A stretch of DNA of 64,000 nt from Spirochaetota bacterium (GTDB lineage Bacteria > Spirochaetota > UBA6919 > CBDBPB01). Location: the NCBI GenBank assembly GCA_965208615.1, contig CBDBPB010000007.1, positions 384,001-448,000 on the forward strand. Direction: 5' to 3'. The notes under the pieces were generated by a model, which did not search any database, was not told the origin of the DNA, and worked only from the letters and a program-made list of their open reading frames with translations. Below, piece by piece: positions 29,118-41,065 of the stretch (the first letter of the stretch is position 1; each line of letters begins with the position of its first letter). The position numbers and the translations under genes are program-made.

Positions 29118-30907
29118 TGGATATAAAGGCTCTACAGCTTAAGCATGCCTTTTCCACTATGACTATAGATGTTATCAATGAGGTACTAAGCTATTCAGAA
29201 AATTTATCTCATGTAATAAGCTCACTTTCAGGTAGCATTAAAGAGTTAAGTGGTTCTAAAACTATTATTATGATGCAATACATCAGCAAAAAGGATAAAG
29301 TTGAGAATCGACTTTTAGGTGTAACTCCCAAGCGTTTTAAAAAGCTATTTGACCTAGAAGAGATGTCAGAAATACTTACCTTAAGTTATGATTTGTCAGC
29401 AATAACAATATGCGACTATAAAAATAATGATAGATTATCCATTTTATTAAACAAAATTGGATATCCTTTATCCACTATTTTACCTTTAGAATTTGGAACC
29501 TTTAAAATTGGGACGGTTTTTATATTAGGTGTCCATGAAAAATATTTAAAAGATACTCTACAACTACAAAAATCATTGGCTAAGACTATAGCTATTGTTT
29601 TACGTAATTCACTTTTGATAGAGGAACAAAAAGATAATATTCAAAGACGTAAAGAGGCTGAGGCTGAATTAAGAAAGAATCAAGAGAACCTTGAAGAAAT
29701 AGTCAAAAATCGTACTGTAGATTTAATTAACATTAACCATGAGTTAGAACAAGTAATTATTGAACAAAAGCAGGCAGAGAAAGCTTTAAAAGAAAGTGAA
29801 GAAAGATATAGACGCTTGACTGAAAATGCACGTGATATTATTTTTCGTGTAACACTACCAAATGGTATATGCGAGTATATAAATCCGGCAGTGGAGAATA
29901 TATTAGGCTATACTCAAGAGGAGTTTCATAAAATTCCATTTTTTATAGCTAAAATAATACATCCAAATTGGAGAGACTATTTAAGGAAGAGTTGGGCTAA
30001 CTTAATTAATGGTACGCTCTTGCCATTTTATGAGTATCAGGTTATAGATAAATTTGCTAAGGCTAAGTGGTTACACCAGCGTAGTGTTATAGTTTATGAC
30101 AGAGATAATAAGCCTATTGCTCTTGAGGGTATTATGACTGATGTTACTGAGCGTAAACAGGCTGAAGAGGAGGTTAAAAATCTTAATAATAATCTTGAAA
30201 AAATGGTTGTTAAGCGAACCGAACAACTAGAGCTTAATTATAAAGAGTGGGAGGCACTTTCTTATTCTATCTCCCACGACCTAAGAGCTCCATTAAGGGC
30301 TATTGACGGATATAGTCAGGCTATAATAGAGGATTACGGCGATAAGCTGGATGGTATTGCTAAAAACTACCTTGAACGCATGAGAAAAGCAACTCAGCGT
30401 TTGGGTATAGTTATGGATGAGCAGTTAAAACTTTTTAAAATATTAAGAAATGACTTAAATAAAAAAGATATTAGTCTTAGTGATATTGTCAATAAGGTTA
30501 TAAGTAATATTCAGACTAGCTTTCCCAAGCGGAATATCAATTTTATTGTCCTTAGTAATGTTCTTGTAGTAGGAGATCCAGGGCTTATTAGGGTTGTTAT
30601 GGAAAACCTTTTGTTTAATTCATATAAGTTTACTAAGTATTGTGATAATCCTGTAATAGAGTTTGGAATGGTAAAAATAAAAGAAAAAAATACTTATTTT
30701 GTTAAGGATAATGGAATAGGGTTTGATATGTCCTTTAGTAATAAACTATTTAAGCCTTTTCAGCAACTACACATATCTGATAAATTTGAGGGTTATGGTG
30801 TTGGTCTTGCAACTGTAAAGCGTATTATTGATCGTCATGGAGGCAAGATTTGGGCAGAGTCTATCATAAATAAAGGGGCAACTTTTTATTTTACGTTAGA
30901 TAGTTAG
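29117..30907 (+). CDS. Cytoplasmic GAF-like/PAS sensor histidine kinase
   Basis: SEERYR-PAS-DVTERK, H-box SHDLRAPL, NLLFN, DNGIGF, G.G.GLA; no TM helix. Confidence 0.95.
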   Translation: MDIKALQLKHAFSTMTIDVINEVLSYSENLSHVISSLSGSIKELSGSKTIIMMQYISKKDKVENRLLGVTPKRFKKLFDLEEMSEILTLSYDLSAITICDYKNNDRLSILLNKIGYPLSTILPLEFGTFKIGTVFILGVHEKYLKDTLQLQKSLAKTIAIVLRNSLLIEEQKDNIQRRKEAEAELRKNQENLEEIVKNRTVDLININHELEQVIIEQKQAEKALKESEERYRRLTENARDIIFRVTLPNGICEYINPAVENILGYTQEEFHKIPFFIAKIIHPNWRDYLRKSWANLINGTLLPFYEYQVIDKFAKAKWLHQRSVIVYDRDNKPIALEGIMTDVTERKQAEEEVKNLNNNLEKMVVKRTEQLELNYKEWEALSYSISHDLRAPLRAIDGYSQAIIEDYGDKLDGIAKNYLERMRKATQRLGIVMDEQLKLFKILRNDLNKKDISLSDIVNKVISNIQTSFPKRNINFIVLSNVLVVGDPGLIRVVMENLLFNSYKFTKYCDNPVIEFGMVKIKEKNTYFVKDNGIGFDMSFSNKLFKPFQQLHISDKFEGYGVGLATVKRIIDRHGGKIWAESIINKGATFYFTLDS

Positions 30908-30937
30908 CTTATAGGCTTATTTTTTAATAAAAAGGGT

Positions 30938-33900
30938 TTATTTAATTGTTTGAACTTCTACTCCCTTAACGTCTTCTTCTCTTTCATACTGATTTTGCCA
31001 ATATGCTCTATTAGACCTTTGTATTGCACTTCTTTTTTTTGATATACTCCCTAGTTCGTTAATCATGATTGGTTTTCTAATTTTTAGTTCTGTTTTTGGT
31101 TTAATAGGACTTTTTATAATTGGATATTTACCTCTATAAAAGCAATAATGATTATTTTTTTCTCCGACTACCAAAGCTATATTACTTAGATTATCTGTTT
31201 CTGCACTGCCTCTAAGATCAGTAACAGCCCTTTTATACTGACCTTTTTTACTGCCGATAAACCTTATATTAACTCCCTTAACAAAACGATTTTTATTATC
31301 CAAAACAGTTATACGCACACGTCCAGATATAGTTTTTTCAATGACATCCAGTGTAAGGTTGCTTTTTAGTATAATCCCAGATCCCTGAACCTCATCAGAC
31401 TTGAATACTAATAAATATGCACCAACCTTTTTTATTGGCAGTTTAATACTAGTCTTAATTGGAGTATGGGGGATATATCTAGAAAGGCTGTATTTTCTTT
31501 GGAAGAATGGTTTTATACCGGATAGATTTATCTTTGTAACTTTAGTAAGGTCTTTTTGTTTTAGGGCCAAAATAGTAAAATTAACCTTATATAGTTTTAG
31601 CATAACATTTTTTAGTCCTTTGAATGTTAGATCGATTTTACTAATTTCTTTTTCTTTTATCTGTGTAACTTCTTTTAGGAGTATTTTTTTTTCTTTAATA
31701 AACTCAATACTTCTTTTTGCCTCAACAAACTTATTTTTAACTTTGTTATACTCTCTAAGAGCCTTGATAAACTTTTTTTGGTAGTGGTATATTTTAGCTA
31801 ACATTAGTATAGCGAAATATTTATTATCACTTTCTTTTTTTAGGTTTAGCTCACCGGGGAAAAGGTCATAGGAAACTGATTTGGCAAAGTTACGCGCTTT
31901 TAGATAGTCCCCTTTTTTAAATAGGGCATGAGCGGCTATAAACTTGTATCCATCTAGGAATCTACTATTTTTATATCTCCTTGAATATAGTAAGGCCTTA
32001 TTAATTGTTTGTTTATAGTTTTTGTGATCAAGGTATAGGTTTAATAGTGTAAAGGCTACCTCATCGGCGTTATAGCTTTCTGGGTAATAAATGAGATAGG
32101 TTTGGAATATATTTTTAGCCATAGTAAAAAGCATATTTGGCTTTAACTTCTTTACCTTTTTACTTTTAAGTTCGGTATACCTTAGGTATATGTTCTGAGC
32201 AAAGGTGTAATATGTTTTTAGTACCAGTTTATAATCTGGATAATCCTTAATAAGCTGGTTTATAAGGTTATAGGCCTCTAGAACTTTATTTAAACTACTA
32301 AGAGTACCTGGTATAGCGACTTCTTGTAAAAAATAGCTTTTGATTGTACCGTTAAGAACCTGTATAGCTCTTTCATCCTCTTTTATATTGTGATAACTAT
32401 CTGCAATTTTGAGTACCTTTTCAAAAGGTATAATTAGTTTAGGATAGCGTTCTTTCAAAAGCTCGAAAAACTTTACCACTTCATTATGATTATTATTGGC
32501 TAAGCTAATGTATAAAAGCATAACACAGGATTCTTTGTAATACTTATCCCTTAAACGGTGTTTAGTAAAGACTTTATTTAATAGATCCTTACTTTTTTTA
32601 TAATTGTTATGTTCGAAGTAATATTTACCTATGGTATAAAGTTCATCTGGCGATAGATTATAGCTTTTAAAGGTATTATAATCCGGATTTAATATGGATA
32701 GCTTTTTAACTTTGCCTAATATAATCTTATTGTAATTACTTATAGGGTATACCTGGGTTGGCAGAGTTTTATAATGACCCCTAAATCTGGATATAAGCTT
32801 ATAATTAATATAGATATACCTCTGTTTCGGCGATCTACGTTTAATATAAAATATAAGTTTATTTTTATCTTTTCTATAATAGGAATATTGACCGGATACC
32901 GTATCTTGAACAAAGGTACAGCCAGCTGGAATGTTATCCTCCATTATGAAATAGGATTCCTTTATATTACTATTTAGGTATAGCCTTATAGAGACAGGGA
33001 AAATTATATGTTGAGCAGTATTTTTTAGCTCTTGGACAGTATAAGAATAATACTCTCTTTCTATGGTGGAATATCCCCTGGAAAAAGGTTTACTATTTAT
33101 ACTATATTTGGGATATTTAATAGTTTTAGTCAAGCTACCATATTTCGTTAATTTTTCACGTACTATAGGTTGAAAATGGCTTAATACTCCTGAATAGAAT
33201 ATTTCTCCTTTACCTTTAATAGATATTTCGAGTTTATTTTTATTTTTTATATTTTTGTTTATGTTTATAGTTTTTGGTGGATTAATACCTGTTATTTTTT
33301 TATTTATTATAGTTTTATTATTCCACTTTATTTTTAGGTTAAAATTAGTTTTATATGGTTTTTGGTGGATTAGATATGTCGAAATACATTCTGAAAAGAG
33401 TGCTAAGAACTCTTGGCTAACGTATTTTAATTTGTTAAGGTTGTGGAATAGCTTGACTAGGTATGGTTTTGATTTAAAAGTATATTTTTTAAGCTTTAAA
33501 AAAGATAGCATACTAAGGGCAATAACCTCACTTTTTGAGCCTAAAAAGTCGAGATATGTTTTTTTATTATTAAAGCCATTATTTTTGATTTTATTTTTTA
33601 TGATTACTAATAGCTCTAGAGCTTCTGCATTACGATTCATGTTATGGAGTGTTAAGCTAAGGAGGTTTAATCCTCTAAGGGATAGTTTATGTCTATTTCG
33701 ATATAACCTATTAACGTATGGATAACTGGCTTTATTATTGGATGATAGGGCATATAATATAAGAACTTTATTTTCTAAGTCATTCCTTGTTAGTTTGTAG
33801 AAAGCATTATTAAGGTATTTACTAGCCCTATTTAATATAGATTGTTTTAATTTAAACCCTATATTTTTTGCTTTACTAAGGGCGTAATATACTAAAGATG

Positions 33901-36900
33901 AGATAATTAGATCATCTTTACCTCTATTATATACCCAGCTCCATCCTCCATTTTGTTTTATAGTTGAGGATAAGAAGTTAATTTTTTCTATTATTTCACG
34001 TTCAACATTGTTTATCTGGGATAGTCTATTGGATTCATATAGATTAAGGTATTTTAATAAAGAAAGTTTAGCTATCAAATGGCTGGCAATATGATTTTGG
34101 AATAAAAAGTTAGAGTTATCAAACATTCTATCCACTTGAAAAAGTGCTTTATTCAGTGCGGAATATATAATTAACTTAAAGTTGGAATGTTTAGTTGTTA
34201 AATTCTTTATATTAATCCACTGGGTTTTTTTAGTTTTAACATATCCCCTTACTTCTTTATAAAAATACGATCCCCACTTTCTTACAGGGATTAAGCGTTC
34301 TTGACTATCGTATGGACTAATACCAATTATTCTAATCGGATTATCTTTATTATTAGCTATAAACTCTTTTGACTCAAATGGATAGCTTTCTTTAGGTTTT
34401 ATAGAAAACTTATATATATTAGTATTTTGGTTTATATTAATTTTTAGATCGCCTTTTAGTTGGCTATTTGAGGCATTTATTAGGTTGCCGTCTATGGATA
34501 ATTTATCCCCTTGGACTAACTCAGAAGGGGTTTCAATATGGGTGATAAAGTTTTTTCTTGCTATTATAGTTTTTTGTGCAATTCCGAATCTATGATCCTT
34601 ACTGGATGATATAACAATAATACGCCATTTTGTATTTGTTTTTGGAAGCTTAACTTTTATTTTTGCAATACCGTTTTTATTAGTTATAATTCTGCTTTTA
34701 AAGAAAGCAATATCTGGGAATAGTTTTCTTATAGTTGGTTCTATTTTGTCATAAGCGGCAGTGGGTCTACTTTTAGATGGCTTATATTTAAATGATTGTT
34801 TAGGGCCTCCATTTTTAGCCATTAATCGTCTAGTCTTTTTTTTAAAGGATATATCATCCATTTCTTTTTTTATTTCTTTGCTTATTTTTATAGTTTTGCT
34901 AAGATATTTATAGGGAGTGGAATGTCCGTAGCTATGTTTTGGATATTTATGTTTACGGTAAAAATAACTTTTAATATTTTTTATTTTGGTTTTAGCGATT
35001 AGGAGTACTCCCTCATCAATTAGGGCTACTGATGATTCAGAGATAATCCCCTTATTATTTAGCTTATAGGTTTTTAGGCTAAGGTTAAGGATATCATTTG
35101 GTTTATATACTTTTTTATTGGTTTTTATATTTATATTTATTTTGTGATCTGTGTTAAATTGTTTATCCGTATAATATGTATTTTCTGGTTTTAGTAGTGT
35201 GGCACATAACTTAAAGTTTGGGACAAGGTTTTTATTAAGTTTTAGGTTAATATTATTATTCCCGGCTTTTATTTTTATAACCTTGTACTTAATAATAGTT
35301 TTACCTTTTAGGATTAACAGTACTAGTCCAGATTTTCCTTTTGAATAGAGGTTTATATTTACTTTTTTGGATGTGTTAAATACCTTATTTTCCGATAGGA
35401 TAAATAGTTTATCCTTTTCTTTTTTGTTAAGTATACGGAGCTTAATTTGCCTGCGAACTGGTATATTATTATATCCTATACCCTCTATTAACAGATTATA
35501 TATACCTCCTTTATTTATGTTTAGTTCTATTTTAGCTTTACCAAGTTGTGTTTCTAGTGGTTTTTCTAGTATAAGTTTTTCTTTTTGATTTTCTATAATA
35601 AATAGTTTGGCATTTAGTTTTTTGGATAGACCTTTATTAAATAGGTTTAGAGTTTTAATGTATACCACAGCTTTTTCAGAGGGCAGATAAATATCTTTTT
35701 TACTTTTTAGTGATATAGAAAAATCCCTTATAATGATTGGTATACTTTTACTAAAGACCTTTTTACCTCCTTCAATATAAGCCTGTACTCTTATTTTAGT
35801 TTTACTACCATATCGCACTGTGGGAATGGATATATTTAATATACCGTTATTATTTAGTTTTTTGGATATATAATTTTCATTTTCTATTTTGTAGAAGACG
35901 TTTTTATTATTAGCGGTCAACCCGAATAGATGTTTACCTATTATTTTAAGTTTTACTATATCCCTTGGATAGTATACTATTTTATTGGTTTCGAATATGA
36001 TTTCTTTTTCTGGTTTGGTGTACTTTGCAATTTCTATTCTTTTTTTGAATACTATAGACCTATTTTTTAGGTTTTGGATTATTAATTTAATATATCCTAT
36101 ATTTATGGTTTTAGCTAGTATAAGTTGCCCTGATATTGTACCATAGGTGTTTTGGCTTAGTATTTTTTTATATATTTCTTGGCCGGAGGGGGATATTATT
36201 TTTATTAAAAAGCTATTATACTTAATTTTTTTAAGTATTCCATTTTGTTTTAATCTAACTATGGCTTTATACGCCAGTCTATCTCCTGGTTTATAAATTG
36301 GTTTATCGCTATATATATATCCTAAGAATTCCGTTTTATATGATTTTATTAGGTTACTGGTAGATAGTTCTGTTCCTGCATAGTGTCCATTTTTGTTTAC
36401 TAGTATTTTTAGGTTATTTAGGTTAAGTTTTTTTTCTTTTTTGGAGAATTGGTAGTGTAATACTCCGTTATTATTGGTTTTATTTTTTAGTATAATTTTT
36501 TTACCATTGCTGATAAAGACCTTTGAGCTTGAGGCACTTACTTCTTTTAATAAGTTTTTTGAGTAAACGAATATCTCATTTTGATTAGCCTGACTAGTTA
36601 TGGCAATATCGCTTATTAATAGCAGGCTGGATGCCTTAAAAAGGCCGCTGGTAACTGATATAATGTATGCACCTTGTTTTTTGAGGTTTAGTTTTAGGTT
36701 TAGTTTAAAGAGTTTGTATTTTTGATAATCTTTTATTTTGTGGATAAGTGATTTATCTGGTTTGATTAGGAGTATATCTAGATTATGGATTTTTTTTAAT
36801 GAGTGATGTCTTTTAAAATACTCTTCTAGGTTTATTCGGTAGATATTTACGTTAAAGTTTTTTATATTTCTCAGTTTTACGTTAATATAGGGTTTTTCTT

Positions 36901-38429
36901 TGCTGGTGAAAAGTTTTTTAGTTTCTAGATGTAACGACTTTTTCTTTAGTATTGAGAGTTTATTTCTGGCTTTTTTTCTCCATGGATATAGTCTAATTTT
37001 TTTAAGTATTTTTATAGCTTTATCGAATTGATTTTTATAATTTATATATACTTCAGCTGTATGATAGAGTCCTTTATGTGCGTTGCTATTATTTGGATAT
37101 TTTTTAAATAGTTTATTCCAGATGTTAATGGCATCATCCATATTTTTTTTAAGTAGTTTTATTTGTCCTAGTTTAAATATTATTTGCGGATTTCTATATT
37201 CTATTGGATACTCTCTTAGGAAGGATATATATAGTTTTTCTGCTTTATCATATTTTTTTAGATTTAGGTAATAATTAGCTTTATTAATTTTTATATTTAT
37301 GATTTGTTTTTGTATTTTTTTGCCATAGTGGATGGTTTGGATAATCACTTAAGAATTTATTAAGGTATGTAAGGCTTTTATCGAACTGATTTTCTTTTAG
37401 ATATATTTGTCCTATTATCTTAAAGGCTATGGGAGCTTTATTATGTTTGGGATAGGTATTTATAAAATAGTTTAGTTCTTTTAGACATTGTTTGGTTAAT
37501 TTTTTAAATTGTTTATAGCTTAAGCCGATTTCATAAGCACTTATTGGAGCCAATTTATGTTTGGGATATTTATTAATTAGCATTCGTAGATATTTAACTC
37601 CTAGTTCGAGGTTATTTTCATTTTTGGGATTGGGTATGTTATAGGACTTAGCTATACTATAAAGGATTTTAGGGGATAAGGTATTATTGTTTGAGTTATT
37701 TTCTTTTTTTAATACTTTAAGGTAATGTGTTCTACTTTTGTATGGGTATCCCATTATTCCTTCTATTTTTCCTAGATAGAAGTTAGCATTTTTTATTAGT
37801 TTAGACTTAGGGAATTCTTTAATAAATTCTGTTAATAGTGATTTTGCTTTGTAATAATTTTTTAGGTGATAATAGCATAAGGCTATTTTATACTGGATTT
37901 CTTTTATATTATTTTTATTAGCACCTATTTTCATTCCTCGTTTATAGAATTGGATGGCTTTTTTGTAGTTATTTTTTCTTTTATTTTTTTGGAAGGATAT
38001 ATTTTTTGCAAGGTCCAAGTATATTTGACTTAATTTATATCTTCTTTTGGGGTTTAGGATATATTTTAGACCATTTTGCAATATGGGATATGCTTTATCA
38101 TATTTTTTTTGTTTTATAAGGATATTAGCTTTTCTAAACTTAGCTTTTTGTATCCACTTTGAATCTTTAAAGTTATTAACAAGGTATTCATAAGTAGTTA
38201 TAGCTTTATTGTATTGTTTATTATTTTCAAAGCTTTTAGCTAACAGATATGTGATTTCATCTTTTTGTTTAAAGGATTTGAAGTTTTTTTGTATTAGGTT
38301 TATGGCTTTTTTATATTTTTTATTTTCTATATTATTAAGGGTTTTAGAAAGATAAGTATTACTTTTAGCAAAGACTATTGAGCTTATTACAAGGACTAGT
38401 ATTAGTAATAGTAATTTTTTTATTTTCAT
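30938..38429 (-). CDS. Giant TPR + alpha-2-macroglobulin family protein, split by a +1 frameshift at T7 37315-37321 (ORFs 37284..38429 and 30938..37348)
   Basis: Signal peptide + TPRs; MG2 motif YSDKPIYKPGD, RKLFPDIAFF, GGWSW, DNIPAG; removing one A gives a continuous 2496-aa frame (..LWQKIQKQ..). Confidence 0.85.
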
Positions 38430-38585
38430 TTATCCCCCGTTAATAAAAGGCATAATAATAATATCTTTGTGTAGTTAAACAGATTAAGTTTGGTTATTGT
38501 TTAAAAAATTATTATTGTATACTAATAGTCTTATAAAGCAGAGTTATTATTTAGCAAGTTGAGTTTTATTTTATGAAGTTATGTC

Positions 38586-40088
38586 TTATATTGTTTTTGC
38601 GTATTCTATAGCTTTAATAAGAGCCTTAGCTTTATTTTCTGCTTCTAAAAACTCAAGCTCTGGTTTTGAGTCATAAACAATTCCTCCGGCAGTTTGTACA
38701 TAGGCTATATTATTTTTAATTACCGCAGTTCTAATTATAATACAGCTATCCATATCGCCGTTAAATGAGAAGTAGGCAACTCCACCACCATATAATCCAC
38801 GTTTAGTTGGCTCTAATTCTTCTATGATCTCCATGGCCCTAATTTTTGGTGCACCTGTTAGTGTACCTGCTGGAAAACATGCTTTAAAGGCGTCAAAGGC
38901 ATCTTTATCGTCGAACATAATACCCTCAACCTCGGATACTAGGTGCATAACGTGGGAGTATTTTTCGCAATACATCAATTTTTGTTTATTATTTTCTTTG
39001 GTAAGCCTTACTGAACCATATTTACATACTCTAGCAATATCATTACGCCCTAGGTCTACCAGCATAATATGTTCAGCTTTTTCTTTTTCATCATTTTTTA
39101 ATTCATTTTCCATATTTCGCTCATCTTCCATAGTTCTACCTCTACGCCTTGTACCTGCAATAGGTCTAACCACGACTCTATTTTTATTTTTACGTACAAG
39201 TAGCTCTGGTGATGACCCTATAACTTCAATGTTATCAAACTTTAGGTAAAACATATAAGGGGAGGGGTTTATAGCTCTTAAAGCTCTATAAATATTAAAG
39301 TGGTTAATGTTATTTAGGTTTATAGAAAGGCGTCTGGATATTTGAACTTGGAAAATATCCCCTTTGACTATATATTCCTTAGCTTTTATAACCGCTTCTT
39401 TAAACTTATCCTCACTTATATTAGCATTTACAGGCTGAGGTGATGGATTAGTAATACTTTCTTTTATTTTTATAGGAGTTTTTAAAAGTTTAAGTTTAGA
39501 CTTTATATGTTCGACACCTTTTTGATAGGCGGATTCAACGGACTTTATTTTATTTTGTTTAATATTCAGGTTGTATACAATTTTAATTTTATGTTCAACG
39601 TGGTCGAATATTATAATTGAGTCAGTAAACATAAAGGATAGATGGGGTAGATCAAGGTCATCGTCATTATTATTCGGAATTCGTTCTATATACCTAACGG
39701 AGTCATAGCTAAAATACCCAACAGCTCCACCATAAAAATAGGGTAGGGAAGGGGGCTGATAAGGTTTATATTTACTTAAGTAGTTTTTTAGTGTTTTGAT
39801 GGGGTCATCAGATTCAAAGTATTCAGTTTGATCAATATTTTTAATAATTTTACACTGGTTGTTTTTAGCTTGGAATATAAGATATGGGTTAGAGCCAAGA
39901 AATGAATATCTTGCAATTTGTTCTCCTCCTTCGACCGAGTCTAACAAAAAGGCATATTTATCCTTATTAATTTTCATAAATGCTGAGATAGGAGTTTCAA
40001 GGTCAGCGAGTATTTCGTGATATATTGGTATGAGGTTATAGTTTTTGGATAGTTTTAGGACTTCGTTTAAAGATGGGAGTACAGTCAT
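38586..40088 (-). CDS. trpE: Anthranilate synthase component I
   Basis: ETP, LLDS.EGG...RYS, NPSPY, GSSPE, PIAGT, EHIMLVDLGRND, GAPK.RAMEII. Confidence 0.95.
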   Translation of the reverse strand: MTVLPSLNEVLKLSKNYNLIPIYHEILADLETPISAFMKINKDKYAFLLDSVEGGEQIARYSFLGSNPYLIFQAKNNQCKIIKNIDQTEYFESDDPIKTLKNYLSKYKPYQPPSLPYFYGGAVGYFSYDSVRYIERIPNNNDDDLDLPHLSFMFTDSIIIFDHVEHKIKIVYNLNIKQNKIKSVESAYQKGVEHIKSKLKLLKTPIKIKESITNPSPQPVNANISEDKFKEAVIKAKEYIVKGDIFQVQISRRLSINLNNINHFNIYRALRAINPSPYMFYLKFDNIEVIGSSPELLVRKNKNRVVVRPIAGTRRRGRTMEDERNMENELKNDEKEKAEHIMLVDLGRNDIARVCKYGSVRLTKENNKQKLMYCEKYSHVMHLVSEVEGIMFDDKDAFDAFKACFPAGTLTGAPKIRAMEIIEELEPTKRGLYGGGVAYFSFNGDMDSCIIIRTAVIKNNIAYVQTAGGIVYDSKPELEFLEAENKAKALIKAIEYAKTI

Positions 40089-40376
40089 TTTTTCAGCCTT
40101 TTTTTTAATTCGTCGAATATTTGATCTGGAGTGATATTATTATAGCCTAATATAACAAGGCAGTGGAACCATAAGTCAGCCATTTCATGTATAATTTCTT
40201 TATTATCATTATTTTTACAGGCAATAATTACTTCGCTTGTTTCTTCGGCAACTTTTTTAAGAATTTGATCTAGTCCATTTCTTATTAGTGTTGTGACGTA
40301 TGAGTTATTAGGCATTATTTTTTTTTCGATTTATGATAATATCATATATATCATTTAATATATTAGAGTTAGTCAT
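40085..40376 (-). CDS. hisE: Phosphoribosyl-ATP diphosphatase; +1 frameshift in T9 at 40318-40326
   Basis: SY...L, KKVAEE..E, EMADL.FH; upstream frame MTNSNILNDIYDIIINRKK joins IMPNNSY if one A is removed (96 aa). Confidence 0.88.
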
Positions 40377-40506
40377 ATTATCGGCAAAAACTGTGATAGT
40401 GAGTTTATTGTATTAGTCTAATAATTAACAGAGTTATTTATTAGACTAGTTTAAAATAAGATAATATATTTAAATATAATATTCAAAATGATTTTATTAT
40501 TTATTG

Positions 40507-40881
40507 TGTTAACGAACGTTTTAGCAAATATAACAAAAAACGTTTTAGCAGACATTTTGTTAGTGAAGGTTTTAGTATGTTATTGTAAGGGGGAGCTATT
40601 AGTTTACTTTTTATACAGGCATATTTTTTTTGAAGTTTTACATATAAAGTCAATATATAATATTTAAATAATCTGCTCTAAGGCTTTATGGAACGGCAAA
40701 TCCGTTATCATTTAATAAAGGTCTATAATCCTTAGTCTCAGCAAGGGATTCTTAATAGCTCTCGTAGTGATGACTACTTGCATAAAAAGTGATATTTTGT
40801 GTTCATTGCTAAGGCATTTAAACAGCACTGTTATTAAACGTTCTAATAAATATAACAATAAACGTTCTAAGGGAATTTTGT
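40507..40881 (+). repeat. Prophage left end: two ~54-bp imperfect direct repeats containing putative transposase-binding sites
   Basis: 40507-40560 and 40829-40881 both start TGTTA and hold two AACGTTYTAR sites 24 bp apart; a third variant site at 40566. Confidence 0.7.
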
Positions 40882-41065
40882 AAGGAAAAACTCCTTAAAA
40901 TGTACCTAAAATTTACATAAAATTAAGGGAAAAAAAGTGAATTTTAGGTAAAAAAGTGATAAAATCAAAGAAATTATAAAAATATTATAAAAGATTTTAA
41001 GGGAAAAAGAAGAAAAATAAGGATATTTTAAGAATTTTTAGAGAGGAAAAAGACTATTTATAGCC

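Noticed and set aside
37284-37348. Programmed -1 ribosomal frameshift joining the TPR and A2M ORFs
   Set aside because: The join needs +1, the run is only A7, and the same error type occurs in hisE.
40378-40407. Sigma28 promoter for hisE (GCCGATAA on the minus strand)
   Set aside because: Spacer to TAAA is 18 nt and the -10 lies 1 nt from the start codon, leaving no room for a TSS.
40377-41065. tRNA/att site or integrase-type integration
   Set aside because: No tRNA-like sequence or tyrosine/serine integrase seen; the element encodes a DDE transposase.
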